DNA of 64,000 nucleotides from Escherichia coli (GTDB lineage Bacteria; Pseudomonadota; Gammaproteobacteria; Enterobacterales; Enterobacteriaceae): NCBI RefSeq assembly GCF_013122565.1, contig NZ_CP053258.1; one strand, 5' to 3'. Shown piece by piece: positions 1 to 8,875 of this stretch (position 1 is its first letter; each line of letters starts with the position of its first letter). The notes under the pieces were generated by a model. It saw only the letters and a program-made list of their open reading frames with translations, ran no database searches and was not told where the DNA came from. The position numbers and the translations under genes were made by a program.

Positions 1-108
1 CAGCTCTGCGCCAATGCTCTGATCTTCGTATACGTTTTCATTGACGCCAGTTAGCAATGTTTCTTCGTTTTCACTGACGTTCGGCAGGGTGGTTTGATTA
101 GATGCCAT
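1..108 (-). CDS. agaE: PTS mannose-family EIID component, 5' end only (start ATG at 106-108; gene continues beyond window start)
   Basis: Reverse-complement of 1-108 gives an open frame starting MASNQTTLPNVSENEETLLTGVNENVYEDQSIGAEL, 6 nt downstream of the agaW stop. Assigned by operon position (agaV-agaW-agaE); too short to confirm by sequence. Confidence 0.4.
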   Translation of the reverse strand, partial: MASNQTTLPNVSENEETLLTGVNENVYEDQSIGAEL

Positions 109-877
109 CTTCAAATTCCTCTTTCTGTGCCGCAGGTTGAGTCGGTTCAGGAGATTTACGCAGCAGATCGATCAGCGCCATCGCCAGCGCGGCGGCAGCA
201 ATAGCCAGCACCGGTAACTTGAGCCAGGCTGCGGCAACAAAGCCCAGGATGAAGTAGGGGATGTAGACGTTTTTCATCATGATTTTCAGCAGCACGGCAA
301 AACCGATTGCTGGCATGATGCCGCCCGCGACGCCGAGGCCGTCGATTAATCGTTGCGGCAGGACATCAATGATGGTTTTTGCATGTTCCGCGCCGAAGTA
401 GATAGGCAGGAAAGCGCAGAGAAAATAGAAAGTGCCGAGTGCCAGCAGTGCCAGATAGTTCACGCGTTCAATGCCGCGAATATCGGCGTTCTCTGCCATC
501 CGGTCACAGCGGGACATTACGCCAGACATCACCGAGAACAGGAAGGTAATCCCCATCTGTACTGCAACAGCGAAAGGTACGGCGACACCGACCGCGACAT
601 CGGGTTTCACGCCAGTAGTAATGGCAAACGCCGTGCCGACGATAGTACCGATAATCACGTTAGGCGGTTGTGCGCCCGCCAGCGGGGCCAGCCCCATCCA
701 CACCAGTTCCAGCGTACCGCCGGTTAAAATACCGGTATGCAGATCGCCAAGTACCAGCCCGACTAACGGGCCGAGGACCACCGGGCGGTGCATATGGGTT
801 AAGCCGTTAAACATATCCAGGCCAGCGATAAAGGCGATAATGCCCAACGCGAATGCCTGCAACAGACTGATTTCCAT
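98..877 (-). CDS. agaW: PTS N-acetylgalactosamine-specific EIIC component, full length (259 aa)
   Basis: 259-aa ORF with mannose-family EIIC character, sitting between agaV and the agaE start. Full length, unlike the truncated K-12 copy. Confidence 0.8.
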   Translation of the reverse strand: MEISLLQAFALGIIAFIAGLDMFNGLTHMHRPVVLGPLVGLVLGDLHTGILTGGTLELVWMGLAPLAGAQPPNVIIGTIVGTAFAITTGVKPDVAVGVAVPFAVAVQMGITFLFSVMSGVMSRCDRMAENADIRGIERVNYLALLALGTFYFLCAFLPIYFGAEHAKTIIDVLPQRLIDGLGVAGGIMPAIGFAVLLKIMMKNVYIPYFILGFVAAAWLKLPVLAIAAAALAMALIDLLRKSPEPTQPAAQKEEFEDGI

Positions 878-887
878 GATGAATCCC

Positions 888-1361
888 TCAAAGTAATTTA
901 AAGAGGTCCACAGCAGGCTCTGTCGGGACGCCCTGAACGAAGCATTCCACCCCAGCGGCTTTCAGGTCGTTAAATGCTGCGATATCGCCCGCATCCACAG
1001 AAACCGTTTTGGCGATTTGTTGCTTGCCATTGGCGTAGTGCATATTGCCAACGTTAATGCGATTCACCGGAACGCCACCTTTTACCAGCGTCAGGAAATC
1101 GGCGGGTGTTTTACAAACCAGCAGGATTTTCTGTCGATCGGCGGCGCGATGAATGTTGTCGATAACTTTTTGCAGCGTCCAGAAACGTACGGCGATCCCT
1201 TCTGCCAGTACCATTTCCATCAGGTTTTGTTGTACCGGATCTTCGGCAACCTCATCGTTGGCTACCAGCACCAGATTTGCCCCCGCAAATCCGACCCACT
1301 GAACGCCGACCTGACCGTGAATCAAGCGTTCATCAATCCGGCTTAAAACAATATTTGGCAT
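888..1361 (-). CDS. agaV: PTS N-acetylgalactosamine-specific EIIB component (157 aa)
   Basis: ORF 888-1397; the likely start is the internal MPNIVLSRIDERLIHGQ, giving 157 aa. Mannose-family EIIB motif; overlaps the kbaZ 3' end. Confidence 0.8.
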   Translation of the reverse strand: MPNIVLSRIDERLIHGQVGVQWVGFAGANLVLVANDEVAEDPVQQNLMEMVLAEGIAVRFWTLQKVIDNIHRAADRQKILLVCKTPADFLTLVKGGVPVNRINVGNMHYANGKQQIAKTVSVDAGDIAAFNDLKAAGVECFVQGVPTEPAVDLFKLL

Positions 1362-1383
1362 AGCGTGTTCCTCTTTGTTTTGC

Positions 1384-2664
1384 TTATTGGCCTTCACAGG
1401 CTGTGTGGTACTGCGCCAGGATGTCCTGAATATGGTTGATAATGAGTTCCCGTGGCGTTGGCTGCAGCTCGCCGGAGCGAACTTTCACGTACTGCAGCGG
1501 CAGATACTGGCTGATCAGCGGCAGCGGAATTGGTGAATCCGCCAGATTACGAACCAGATGAGCGAAAGCGTCATCAATCTGGCTGTCCGGCCAGTAATAG
1601 CGCACGCGATCTGAGTAGCTATAACCACGCGCCAGACGACGCGCGTTGCCGTCACCGTGGTAGTGGCTTTGCCAGTATTCCGGGCGGTCGAGCATCACGT
1701 TTTCCAGCACCTGACGCAGACCAGAACAGGCTTTTGCTGGCACCAGTTCTTCTTCAATCGCCGCCAGAGAGAACAGAGCTTCACGCAGGGCGAAGGTCAG
1801 CGCTGGGCCAACTTTCAGAATGGCAAAGTGGTCAATCACCAGCTGGCGCAGCGATTGCGGCGTTTGATAATCGGTAGAGTGCGCTTCGAAAATCAGCGTT
1901 TCGTAGTTTTCGACCATCTGGCTTAAGGCAGCGGCTTTGGCGGGCTGATAATCAATAACGTTGGTGTGATCGAATTCGACGCCGGGTTGAACCACCAGTG
2001 CAATGATGCGTGGCCAGATGGCATTCAGACCTTGCTTTTCAAAGGCGTGACGATGGGCTTCCAGCGTGGCGCGGGCGGCATCCGGCGTGGTGACCGCCAG
2101 CTCGCTTAAGGTTTCATGCGCGCCCCCAGGTACCGGCACTTCGGTACCAATGACATACTCCAGATCGGCTTCGCCAAAGTGTTCAAGACAGGTTTCTTCC
2201 GCCACTTTCGCCAGACGGGCGGCGCGTTCAGCCACGATGTCATCAGTTAAGGGAATCGGATCGTCCTGACAGGACATGCTGCAATCAAGGTGGATTTTTT
2301 TGAATCCTGCCGCAACGTAGCTTTTAATCAAATCATCGGCATTGGCCATTGCCTGAGCGGCCGGCAGGTTTTGCCAGCGGTTTGGCCCCAGATGGTCACC
2401 ACCCAGAATCAGCGCATCCTGCGGGAAATTCAACGAGTCGGCGAGCTGACAAACAAAGCCGCGAAAATCGGCGGGCGTCATTCCGGTATAACCGCCGAAC
2501 TGGTCTACCTGATTGGAGGTTGCTTCAATCAGTAACGGCGTTTGGTTTGCACTGGCGTAGCGGATTGCAGCCTCCAGCACCAGCGGATGTGCGGAACAAA
2601 CGGCATAAATCCCATTTGTTTTGCCCGCTTTGTGCTGTCTCACCATTTCTGTCAGATGTTTCAC
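1384..2664 (-). CDS. kbaZ: Tagatose-1,6-bisphosphate aldolase non-catalytic subunit KbaZ (426 aa)
   Basis: 426-aa ORF ([33 protein letters not shown]...) of the GatZ/KbaZ family, divergent from agaR. Confidence 0.88.
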   Translation of the reverse strand: MKHLTEMVRQHKAGKTNGIYAVCSAHPLVLEAAIRYASANQTPLLIEATSNQVDQFGGYTGMTPADFRGFVCQLADSLNFPQDALILGGDHLGPNRWQNLPAAQAMANADDLIKSYVAAGFKKIHLDCSMSCQDDPIPLTDDIVAERAARLAKVAEETCLEHFGEADLEYVIGTEVPVPGGAHETLSELAVTTPDAARATLEAHRHAFEKQGLNAIWPRIIALVVQPGVEFDHTNVIDYQPAKAAALSQMVENYETLIFEAHSTDYQTPQSLRQLVIDHFAILKVGPALTFALREALFSLAAIEEELVPAKACSGLRQVLENVMLDRPEYWQSHYHGDGNARRLARGYSYSDRVRYYWPDSQIDDAFAHLVRNLADSPIPLPLISQYLPLQYVKVRSGELQPTPRELIINHIQDILAQYHTACEGQ

Positions 2665-2912
2665 TTTCCTCTCCAGTTCAGATTACTGAGATATTAATCT
2701 TTCGTTTTGTTTCAGTTGATACTGCGTCATGGTGAGATAAAAATAAAACGAAAGATAATAGTTTTCTGATCTGATTCACAAAAGAAACATAATGAAAGTC
2801 ACTGAAACGAGAGTAGCTTGCGCCAATGGGCAAGGTGGGCTTGCATTTGCTTAATAGAAAGGCGTTAATAGGCAAAACGAAATGAAACGAAAGTTTTACG
2901 AAAGGACTTACT

Positions 2913-3722
2913 ATGAGTAATACCGACGCTTCAGGTGAGAAGCGAGTGACAGGCACCAGCGAGCGACGAGAGCAGATCATTCAGCGTCTGCGACAGCAAG
3001 GCAGTGTGCAGGTTAACGATCTGTCGGCATTGTATGGCGTATCTACCGTGACGATCCGCAACGATCTGGCGTTTCTGGAAAAGCAGGGGATCGCTGTGCG
3101 TGCCTATGGTGGGGCGTTGATCTGCGATAGCACGACGCCGTCAGTCGAGCCATCAGTGGAAGATAAAAGCGCGCTGAACACCGCGATGAAACGCAGCGTT
3201 GCGAAAGCTGCCGTTGAGTTGATTCAGCCAGGTCATCGGGTGATCCTCGATTCCGGGACCACCACTTTTGAGATTGCTCGTCTGATGCGCAAGCACACTG
3301 ACGTAATTGCGATGACCAACGGTATGAACGTGGCTAATGCGTTGCTGGAAGCGGAAGGCGTTGAGCTGCTGATGACCGGCGGGCATTTGCGCCGTCAGTC
3401 GCAATCTTTTTACGGCGATCAGGCTGAGCAATCGCTGCAAAATTACCACTTCGATATGTTGTTTCTTGGTGTAGATGCGATCGATCTGGAGCGCGGCGTC
3501 AGCACACATAATGAAGATGAAGCCCGTTTAAACCGCCGGATGTGCGAAGTTGCGGAACGGATCATCGTGGTCACCGATTCCAGTAAGTTCAATCGTTCCA
3601 GTTTACATAAGATCATTGATACTCAACGTATCGACATGATCATTGTTGATGAAGGCATTCCTGCGGATAGTCTGGAAGGACTGCGAAAGGCTGGGGTTGA
3701 AGTGATTCTGGTCGGGGAGTGA
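2913..3722 (+). CDS. agaR: DeoR-family repressor of the aga regulon (269 aa)
   Basis: 269-aa ORF with an N-terminal DeoR helix-turn-helix ([17 protein letters not shown]) and a C-terminal sugar-phosphate sensor domain. The upstream intergenic region is rich in CTTTC/GAAAG repeats. Confidence 0.88.
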
Positions 3723-3776
3723 GAAAGGGTGCCCGCTGGTCAACACGAATGCGTTCGGCGGGCATTGTGAATACCA

Positions 3777-4241
3777 TCAATGGTTTTCTTCTGTCTCTTG
3801 GGTGAGGGTTTCCCAGTCGGCAGGAGGATGTCCTCTTTTTAACATTTTGCTGAATACGGTATAGGCATCTGTTTTTTTACCGTAGGTGCGAAGAGTGTTT
3901 TCATCGTTCATCCATCCCAGAATGATGACTTTCTCTTTTTCACTATAACGAAAGAAGAGACGATAACGACCAGCACCAAATTTTACCCATGACCAGTCTT
4001 TATTTTTCCCTGAGCCTAACGACTTGCCATGACGGAATGCCGGTGATGATGGATTGACCGTGATATGCTCCTCAATCACTTTGTGAACTGCCGCCAATAA
4101 CTTTGTGGCGGCTTTTCTCTAATAATTTTCAGGATCTTTTCCCTTTAATGTCTCGACTTCGGCAACTAAAGCGTCGTAGGTTTCCTGAAAACAGGGATGA
4201 GCATATAGCGCCCAACCATTAACCCTTTGTGGAAAATCCAT
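3777..4241 (-). pseudogene. yhaV: Toxin YhaV (ribosome-dependent RNase) interrupted by an in-frame TAG at codon 41 (4119-4121); only a 106-aa ORF (3777-4097) remains downstream
   Basis: ATG at 4239-4241 overlaps the prlF stop (TAATG). Codons 1-40 read MDFPQRVNGWALYAHPCFQETYDALVAEVETLKGKDPENY, then TAG, then in the same frame RKAATKLLAAVHKVIEEHITVNPSS... to the stop at 3777. Total span is 465 nt, which equals 154 codons plus stop. Confidence 0.65.
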
Positions 4242-4576
4242 TATTCGTCGTCGCCAATCTCATCATCAATGTTGACGTCCATGCCAGCGACAAGTTTCTT
4301 TCCTTGTTGAATGTCGAATGGACGAGTTTTTTGCGGGTTGTTCTGGATATCTGCATCCAGAAAACGCAAAAATGCATTCATAGTATGATCCTCCTGTTCA
4401 TCTCCCAGTCGGCACATAAATACTTGCCCACCAGGCAGAATTTCGTAATGAATGTTGTCCAAGCCTGGCTTCAGTTTTAAGGCCTCACGCACTGGCGCGG
4501 GGATAGTTGTTTGTCCGCGTATCGTGACCTTTGATTCAGTGGTCAGTACAGCGTGAGAGCGAGCATTAGCGGGCAT
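4241..4576 (-). CDS. prlF: Antitoxin PrlF (SohA), AbrB/SpoVT-type DNA-binding antitoxin (111 aa)
   Basis: ORF 4241-4717 with the likely start at MPANARSHAVLTTESKVTIRGQTTIPAPVREALKL (111 aa). Its stop overlaps the yhaV start. Confidence 0.85.
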   Translation of the reverse strand: MPANARSHAVLTTESKVTIRGQTTIPAPVREALKLKPGLDNIHYEILPGGQVFMCRLGDEQEDHTMNAFLRFLDADIQNNPQKTRPFDIQQGKKLVAGMDVNIDDEIGDDE

Positions 4577-5064
4577 TAGGCACTTTACTTTTACAGCCTG
4601 TTTTCTGCTCAAATTATAAGCTTCAGCAAAGTAATGCAAATGCATTATTAGCAGCAGAAAGCGCCAGAACCAACGAAAAAAGAGAACATGTTTCCCATTT
4701 TGCGAGGCGCTTTCCAAATCGTCCGCTCAGTCCCCTCGCACGCCAGCGCTAAAACCACTATTTTGCAAATCTGTGACCTCCTTCACTCTCCATAAAGGCG
4801 GTGATCTAATGGTGTGGATCCACTTTCTGCTTTCGCTTGTCTGCCGTAAGCACTCGCTATTTCGTCATCTCTCCTTTTCACTTTTTCAGTTTGTCATTTT
4901 CATTTGCGGTCAACCGAAAGATCTGGAGTCGATTTTTCCAGGTTTCAACGCCGTTGTCGGGTTCACAAATTCACTTCTTTTCTTCTGATGTAATGCATTC
5001 AAAAGAAAATGAAAGTTTCAAAATGCAAGAATGCAACGAAATACTTTTTCAGGGAGCGATTAAC

Positions 5065-5835
5065 ATGCTAGATAGCCTAAGACGCCGCGAACAAATCATT
5101 GATTTGTTATGTGCCCAGGGAAGCGTACGCGTTGAGCCGCTCAGCATCCATTTTGGTGTCTCATCGGTCACGATCCGCAATGACTTACGGTATCTGGAGC
5201 AAAAAGGTTGCGTCATGCGTTCCTATGGCGGTGCCGTGTTGAATCAACACTTTGCGCTCGACAGACCCTTGCAGGATAAAGATCGCCTTAATCGAGATGT
5301 TAAAGTGCGAATTGCCGAAAAAGCAGCCAGTTTTGTCAAGGATGGCGATACATTAATTATCGATTCTGGTTCAACGACCACGCTAATTCCAGCTTCGCTA
5401 AAGGGGCGTCGGGATTTAGTCGTTATGACGAATGCCTTGAATATCGCCTGGGAAATGGCCAGTTTTGAACGGGTGGATGTTATGATCCTTGGTGGAAACG
5501 TTCGCCAGAGCGTCTTCTCCCTGTATGGGCCTTCGGCAGAACATCAACTCCGGCAGTATCGCTTTGATAAGCTGTTTCTGGGCGTGGACGGCTTTTGCCT
5601 TGAAGCAGGGATTACCACACCACATCCGGGTGAGGCACATCTGAACCAGGTAATGTGTCAGGTTGCTCAGGAAATCACAGTTGTCGCGGACTCCAGTAAA
5701 TTTGGCCGGAAAAGCTTCTGTATGATCGGCGAAGTGAGCGAGATAGATCGACTGATTACCGATAGTGGTATTCCGGATAATTACAAACACGCATTAACGC
5801 AAATGGGTGTGGAAGTTGTGATTGCAGATGAGTGA
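5065..5835 (+). CDS. DeoR-family transcriptional regulator, AgaR paralogue (256 aa), presumed regulator of the adjacent chb-like island
   Basis: ORF 4837-5835; the likely start is ATG 5065 (MLDSLRRREQIIDLL...) preceded by AGGGA. Helix-turn-helix VSSVTIRNDLRYLEQKG; C-terminal DeoR sensor domain. Confidence 0.75.
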   Translation: MLDSLRRREQIIDLLCAQGSVRVEPLSIHFGVSSVTIRNDLRYLEQKGCVMRSYGGAVLNQHFALDRPLQDKDRLNRDVKVRIAEKAASFVKDGDTLIIDSGSTTTLIPASLKGRRDLVVMTNALNIAWEMASFERVDVMILGGNVRQSVFSLYGPSAEHQLRQYRFDKLFLGVDGFCLEAGITTPHPGEAHLNQVMCQVAQEITVVADSSKFGRKSFCMIGEVSEIDRLITDSGIPDNYKHALTQMGVEVVIADE

Positions 5836-5879
5836 GAAAATGTGGCTGGAGATAAACGTCGCCAACCACATTGCGTTAT

Positions 5880-6791
5880 TTACGTTGTATGTTTGATTTG
5901 CAGTAAAGCCGCGCCTCGTACGCCGCTTGTCGCCCCATGAACGGCAGAAAATACGCGCGCAGGTTCCAGACCCGGAAGAAGGTAGCGCGTCATGGCTTTC
6001 GGCAATAAGGCATAAATCTCTTTAAAATTAGACAACCCACCGCCAAGAACAAATGCATCAACGTCGAGAATATGCTGCAATTGCGCCAGTGTACAACCAA
6101 CCATGTCTATCCAGGCGTTTATAGTGGTGATAGCACTGGAAATGCCATGTTGATGATTTTCTAATAATGTCTCCATAGTGATTTGCTCACCGCTGAAATG
6201 CTTATGTAACCAGAGCAAACCAGGGCCAGACTGGTAGCGTTCCACACACCCTTGCAAACCGCAGCCGCATTGTAATTCAGGAAGGTTATAGCGCCGCATA
6301 AATGTCGCCGGGAGCGGTAAATGACCAAACTCGCAGGCCATACGGTTACGGCCACGGTATAACTGGCCATCAATAACTAATCCCCCGCCCATACCCGTGC
6401 CGATAATCGCGCCAAAGATCCGGCTATATTGACGAGCTTGATCGGTATGCGCTTCTGATAGGGCGAAGCAACAGCAGTCATTATCCATTATTACCGGGCG
6501 GTTAAGGCGATTTGCCAGATCGGTTAATACCTGGCGTCCGGTCAGGCAGGGAACGTTAGAAGACAACAGTTTACCGGTGTGCCGATCCATAACGCCGGGC
6601 ATCCCGATACCTATTTTGCCTTGCGTACCCGTGGCCCAGTCAGCGGTATCAATCAGAGACACAAATGTGGATAGAAAAAGCGCGTAATCCTGAACAGGCG
6701 TAGCCACCCGCTTGCGCCAGCAAATTTGTAAATCCTGATCAAAGGCGACTATCTCTGTTTTGGTTCCGCCAATATCAACACCGTAAAACAT
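5880..6791 (-). CDS. ROK-family sugar kinase (NagK-like N-acetylglucosamine kinase type, 303 aa)
   Basis: MFYGVDIGGTKTEIVAF... ATP-binding motif, with the ROK zinc motif CGCGLQGC and HLP signature. Confidence 0.75.
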   Translation of the reverse strand: MFYGVDIGGTKTEIVAFDQDLQICWRKRVATPVQDYALFLSTFVSLIDTADWATGTQGKIGIGMPGVMDRHTGKLLSSNVPCLTGRQVLTDLANRLNRPVIMDNDCCCFALSEAHTDQARQYSRIFGAIIGTGMGGGLVIDGQLYRGRNRMACEFGHLPLPATFMRRYNLPELQCGCGLQGCVERYQSGPGLLWLHKHFSGEQITMETLLENHQHGISSAITTINAWIDMVGCTLAQLQHILDVDAFVLGGGLSNFKEIYALLPKAMTRYLLPGLEPARVFSAVHGATSGVRGAALLQIKHTT

Positions 6792-6809
6792 CGCTCATCT
6801 CCTTTGGTT

Positions 6810-8093
6810 TCACAGCACAACCAGGGTATTTTCCTTGCGAGCGCGTTCGGCGGCAAAGACCATCAGGTGACTTTCAAGTGATTCATTGGGGCCTGAGAGG
6901 ATCAGGTTTTGATCGCCCGCTAATACCGCCTGAATAAAGCGATCCATCAGATAGTAATCCCCACCACCGTGACCCCCCATTTGGGTGCGATTACCCGCTT
7001 CGATCTCCTCAATGGTGTATATAGTTTGCTGGTCGGTGAGAAAATCAAAACACCGAATGGTGTTGCCATCCCCTTCCAGATAGCCTTTCGAACCAAAAAG
7101 GCGGGTTTTGCGATCTTCCATTTTCGTAAAGGCCGTCATTGTAAAAGTGACGCTCTGCTGATGCGCAAATTGCATGTTGACCACTTGATGATCGACAACA
7201 TTGTTATCGCAGCAATAAACGCAGCGACCATAGGGACCGTCACGTAGCGACTGACGAACGTTTTCTTCTGTGGGGTTTGCCGTTAACACGCGACGGAAGT
7301 GAGGCGTACATTTATGGGCATCACCAAGATAAATTTTGCATGCGGACCACGGGCAGGTAGCTTCGACCTGGCAATCAAGGCAGCGATCGGCTGCACCTTC
7401 GGGCTGGTTTTGCTTAATAAAATGGTTAAGGCCGCCAAATGAGGTAACACTTTTACAATTATCCCCCATGATGTAGCGGATCCAGTCCAGATCGTGGCAA
7501 GATTTTTGCAAAAGCATAAATGACGATTCAGCTTCGTTGCGCCAGTTACCACGTACAAAAGAGTGTGCCTGGTGCCAGTAACCGACGGGTTCGAGATGCT
7601 GCATACTGATAATGTCGCCAATGATGCCGCTGTCGAGTAAGGATTTGAGTTTTTGTGTATATCGGGTGTAACGAAGAACATGAGCCACCGCTAATAACAC
7701 ATGATTGCGTTTCACGGCATCAATAATGATACGGCAATCTGCAGCTGTCGGTGCTAACGGTTTTTCCAGCAGGATATGATATCCCAAATCAGCAAATGCA
7801 ACGGCAGGCTCTTTATGCATATTGTCTTGCGTACAAATGAGGACTACATCAGCCATTTTGGGGGCTTTTGCAGCTTCTTTCCAGTCACTAAAAATATTGT
7901 CTGAAGAGATATTATGCTGGGCTACAAATTGCTCTCGATAAACCTCTCTGGGTTCAGCAACACCTACAACTTGCATTCTGTCTGGATGTTCAAGAGCATA
8001 ACGGGAATATATTTCCCCTCGTGCACCTGCACCTATCACTAAAACAGAAACTTTGTTTTTATTCATGGTGAAAAGACCTTCTGATAAATTCAT
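6810..8093 (-). CDS. Gfo/Idh/MocA-family NAD(P)-dependent oxidoreductase with an atypical Cys-rich C-terminal region (427 aa; alternative start at 8066)
   Basis: N-terminal Rossmann motif VLVIGAGARG and the EKP motif (LLEKPLAPT). The C-terminal segment contains CLDCQVEATCPWSACK...C...CVYCC. Confidence 0.7.
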   Translation of the reverse strand: MNLSEGLFTMNKNKVSVLVIGAGARGEIYSRYALEHPDRMQVVGVAEPREVYREQFVAQHNISSDNIFSDWKEAAKAPKMADVVLICTQDNMHKEPAVAFADLGYHILLEKPLAPTAADCRIIIDAVKRNHVLLAVAHVLRYTRYTQKLKSLLDSGIIGDIISMQHLEPVGYWHQAHSFVRGNWRNEAESSFMLLQKSCHDLDWIRYIMGDNCKSVTSFGGLNHFIKQNQPEGAADRCLDCQVEATCPWSACKIYLGDAHKCTPHFRRVLTANPTEENVRQSLRDGPYGRCVYCCDNNVVDHQVVNMQFAHQQSVTFTMTAFTKMEDRKTRLFGSKGYLEGDGNTIRCFDFLTDQQTIYTIEEIEAGNRTQMGGHGGGDYYLMDRFIQAVLAGDQNLILSGPNESLESHLMVFAAERARKENTLVVL

Positions 8094-8104
8094 CTGCTTG
8101 TTTT

Positions 8105-8863
8105 TTATAAATTACGAAAACTAACAAGATGAAATCCGCGTTTTTCAATCTCATATTTGAGTGACGACGTAGTCAGAACTGCTAGTTCTTCCAGTCGTTG
8201 GTAGCAGTAACTGCTCAACATTAAGGGGGTATCGATAAACCCTGGGTGACACATAATTTCCAGAGACTTATCATTAGTTTTTATGGCTCTATCAATAAGT
8301 GACAAGAAAAAGTCTTCTGAAATATTCTCATCGTAGAAATCACTGCTGAACCCATCACTACTTTTTACATTCCGCGAATCGATGTTTTTCTCTCGTAAAA
8401 CGGAACGGTCGATACGTAACGGTAAATTTTTCTCACGCGCGAAACGAGCGACGATGGGATAAACCTGCGGGATCATATGAACGCTGTGATGGCTGTCTAA
8501 ATGGGTGGGCTCCCGTTTAAATACATCAATAAAACGTTGATATTGAGAACTCAGTTCCTGTTCAATTTCGCCTAGGTTTAATTGCCCTTGCTCCGCAACC
8601 TCCCAAATCCATTTACCTAATCTACCTTCACGTGTCAGTGAAGGCATATCCGTTAAGGCAGCGCCATAGCTCAAAACAAAATGTAAACCGACGCCGAGTT
8701 GTGGGGTTTCGGCACTCAACGAGGCGGCATGATCAATTGCCGGAGCGTTCATCATCGCTGTTGTTGAGCGAACCACGCCATTCCGTACCGCCTCGATGAT
8801 TCCATAATTAATACCTTTGCTTAGTCCAAAATCGTCCGCATTCACAATTAATAAGCGTTGCAT
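8105..8863 (-). CDS. YdjC-family carbohydrate deacetylase, ChbG paralogue (252 aa)
   Basis: [29 protein letters not shown]... closely resembles chitooligosaccharide deacetylase ChbG but is not identical. Confidence 0.8.
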   Translation of the reverse strand: MQRLLIVNADDFGLSKGINYGIIEAVRNGVVRSTTAMMNAPAIDHAASLSAETPQLGVGLHFVLSYGAALTDMPSLTREGRLGKWIWEVAEQGQLNLGEIEQELSSQYQRFIDVFKREPTHLDSHHSVHMIPQVYPIVARFAREKNLPLRIDRSVLREKNIDSRNVKSSDGFSSDFYDENISEDFFLSLIDRAIKTNDKSLEIMCHPGFIDTPLMLSSYCYQRLEELAVLTTSSLKYEIEKRGFHLVSFRNL

Positions 8864-8875
8864 AAGGTATCCTTG

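Noticed and set aside
4241-4717. Long 158-aa form of the prlF ORF (start at 4717)
   Set aside because: The N-terminal 47 residues (MESASQNGKHVLFFRWFWRF...) look non-native and would span the promoter region; the start at MPANARSH (4576) matches the expected 111-aa antitoxin.
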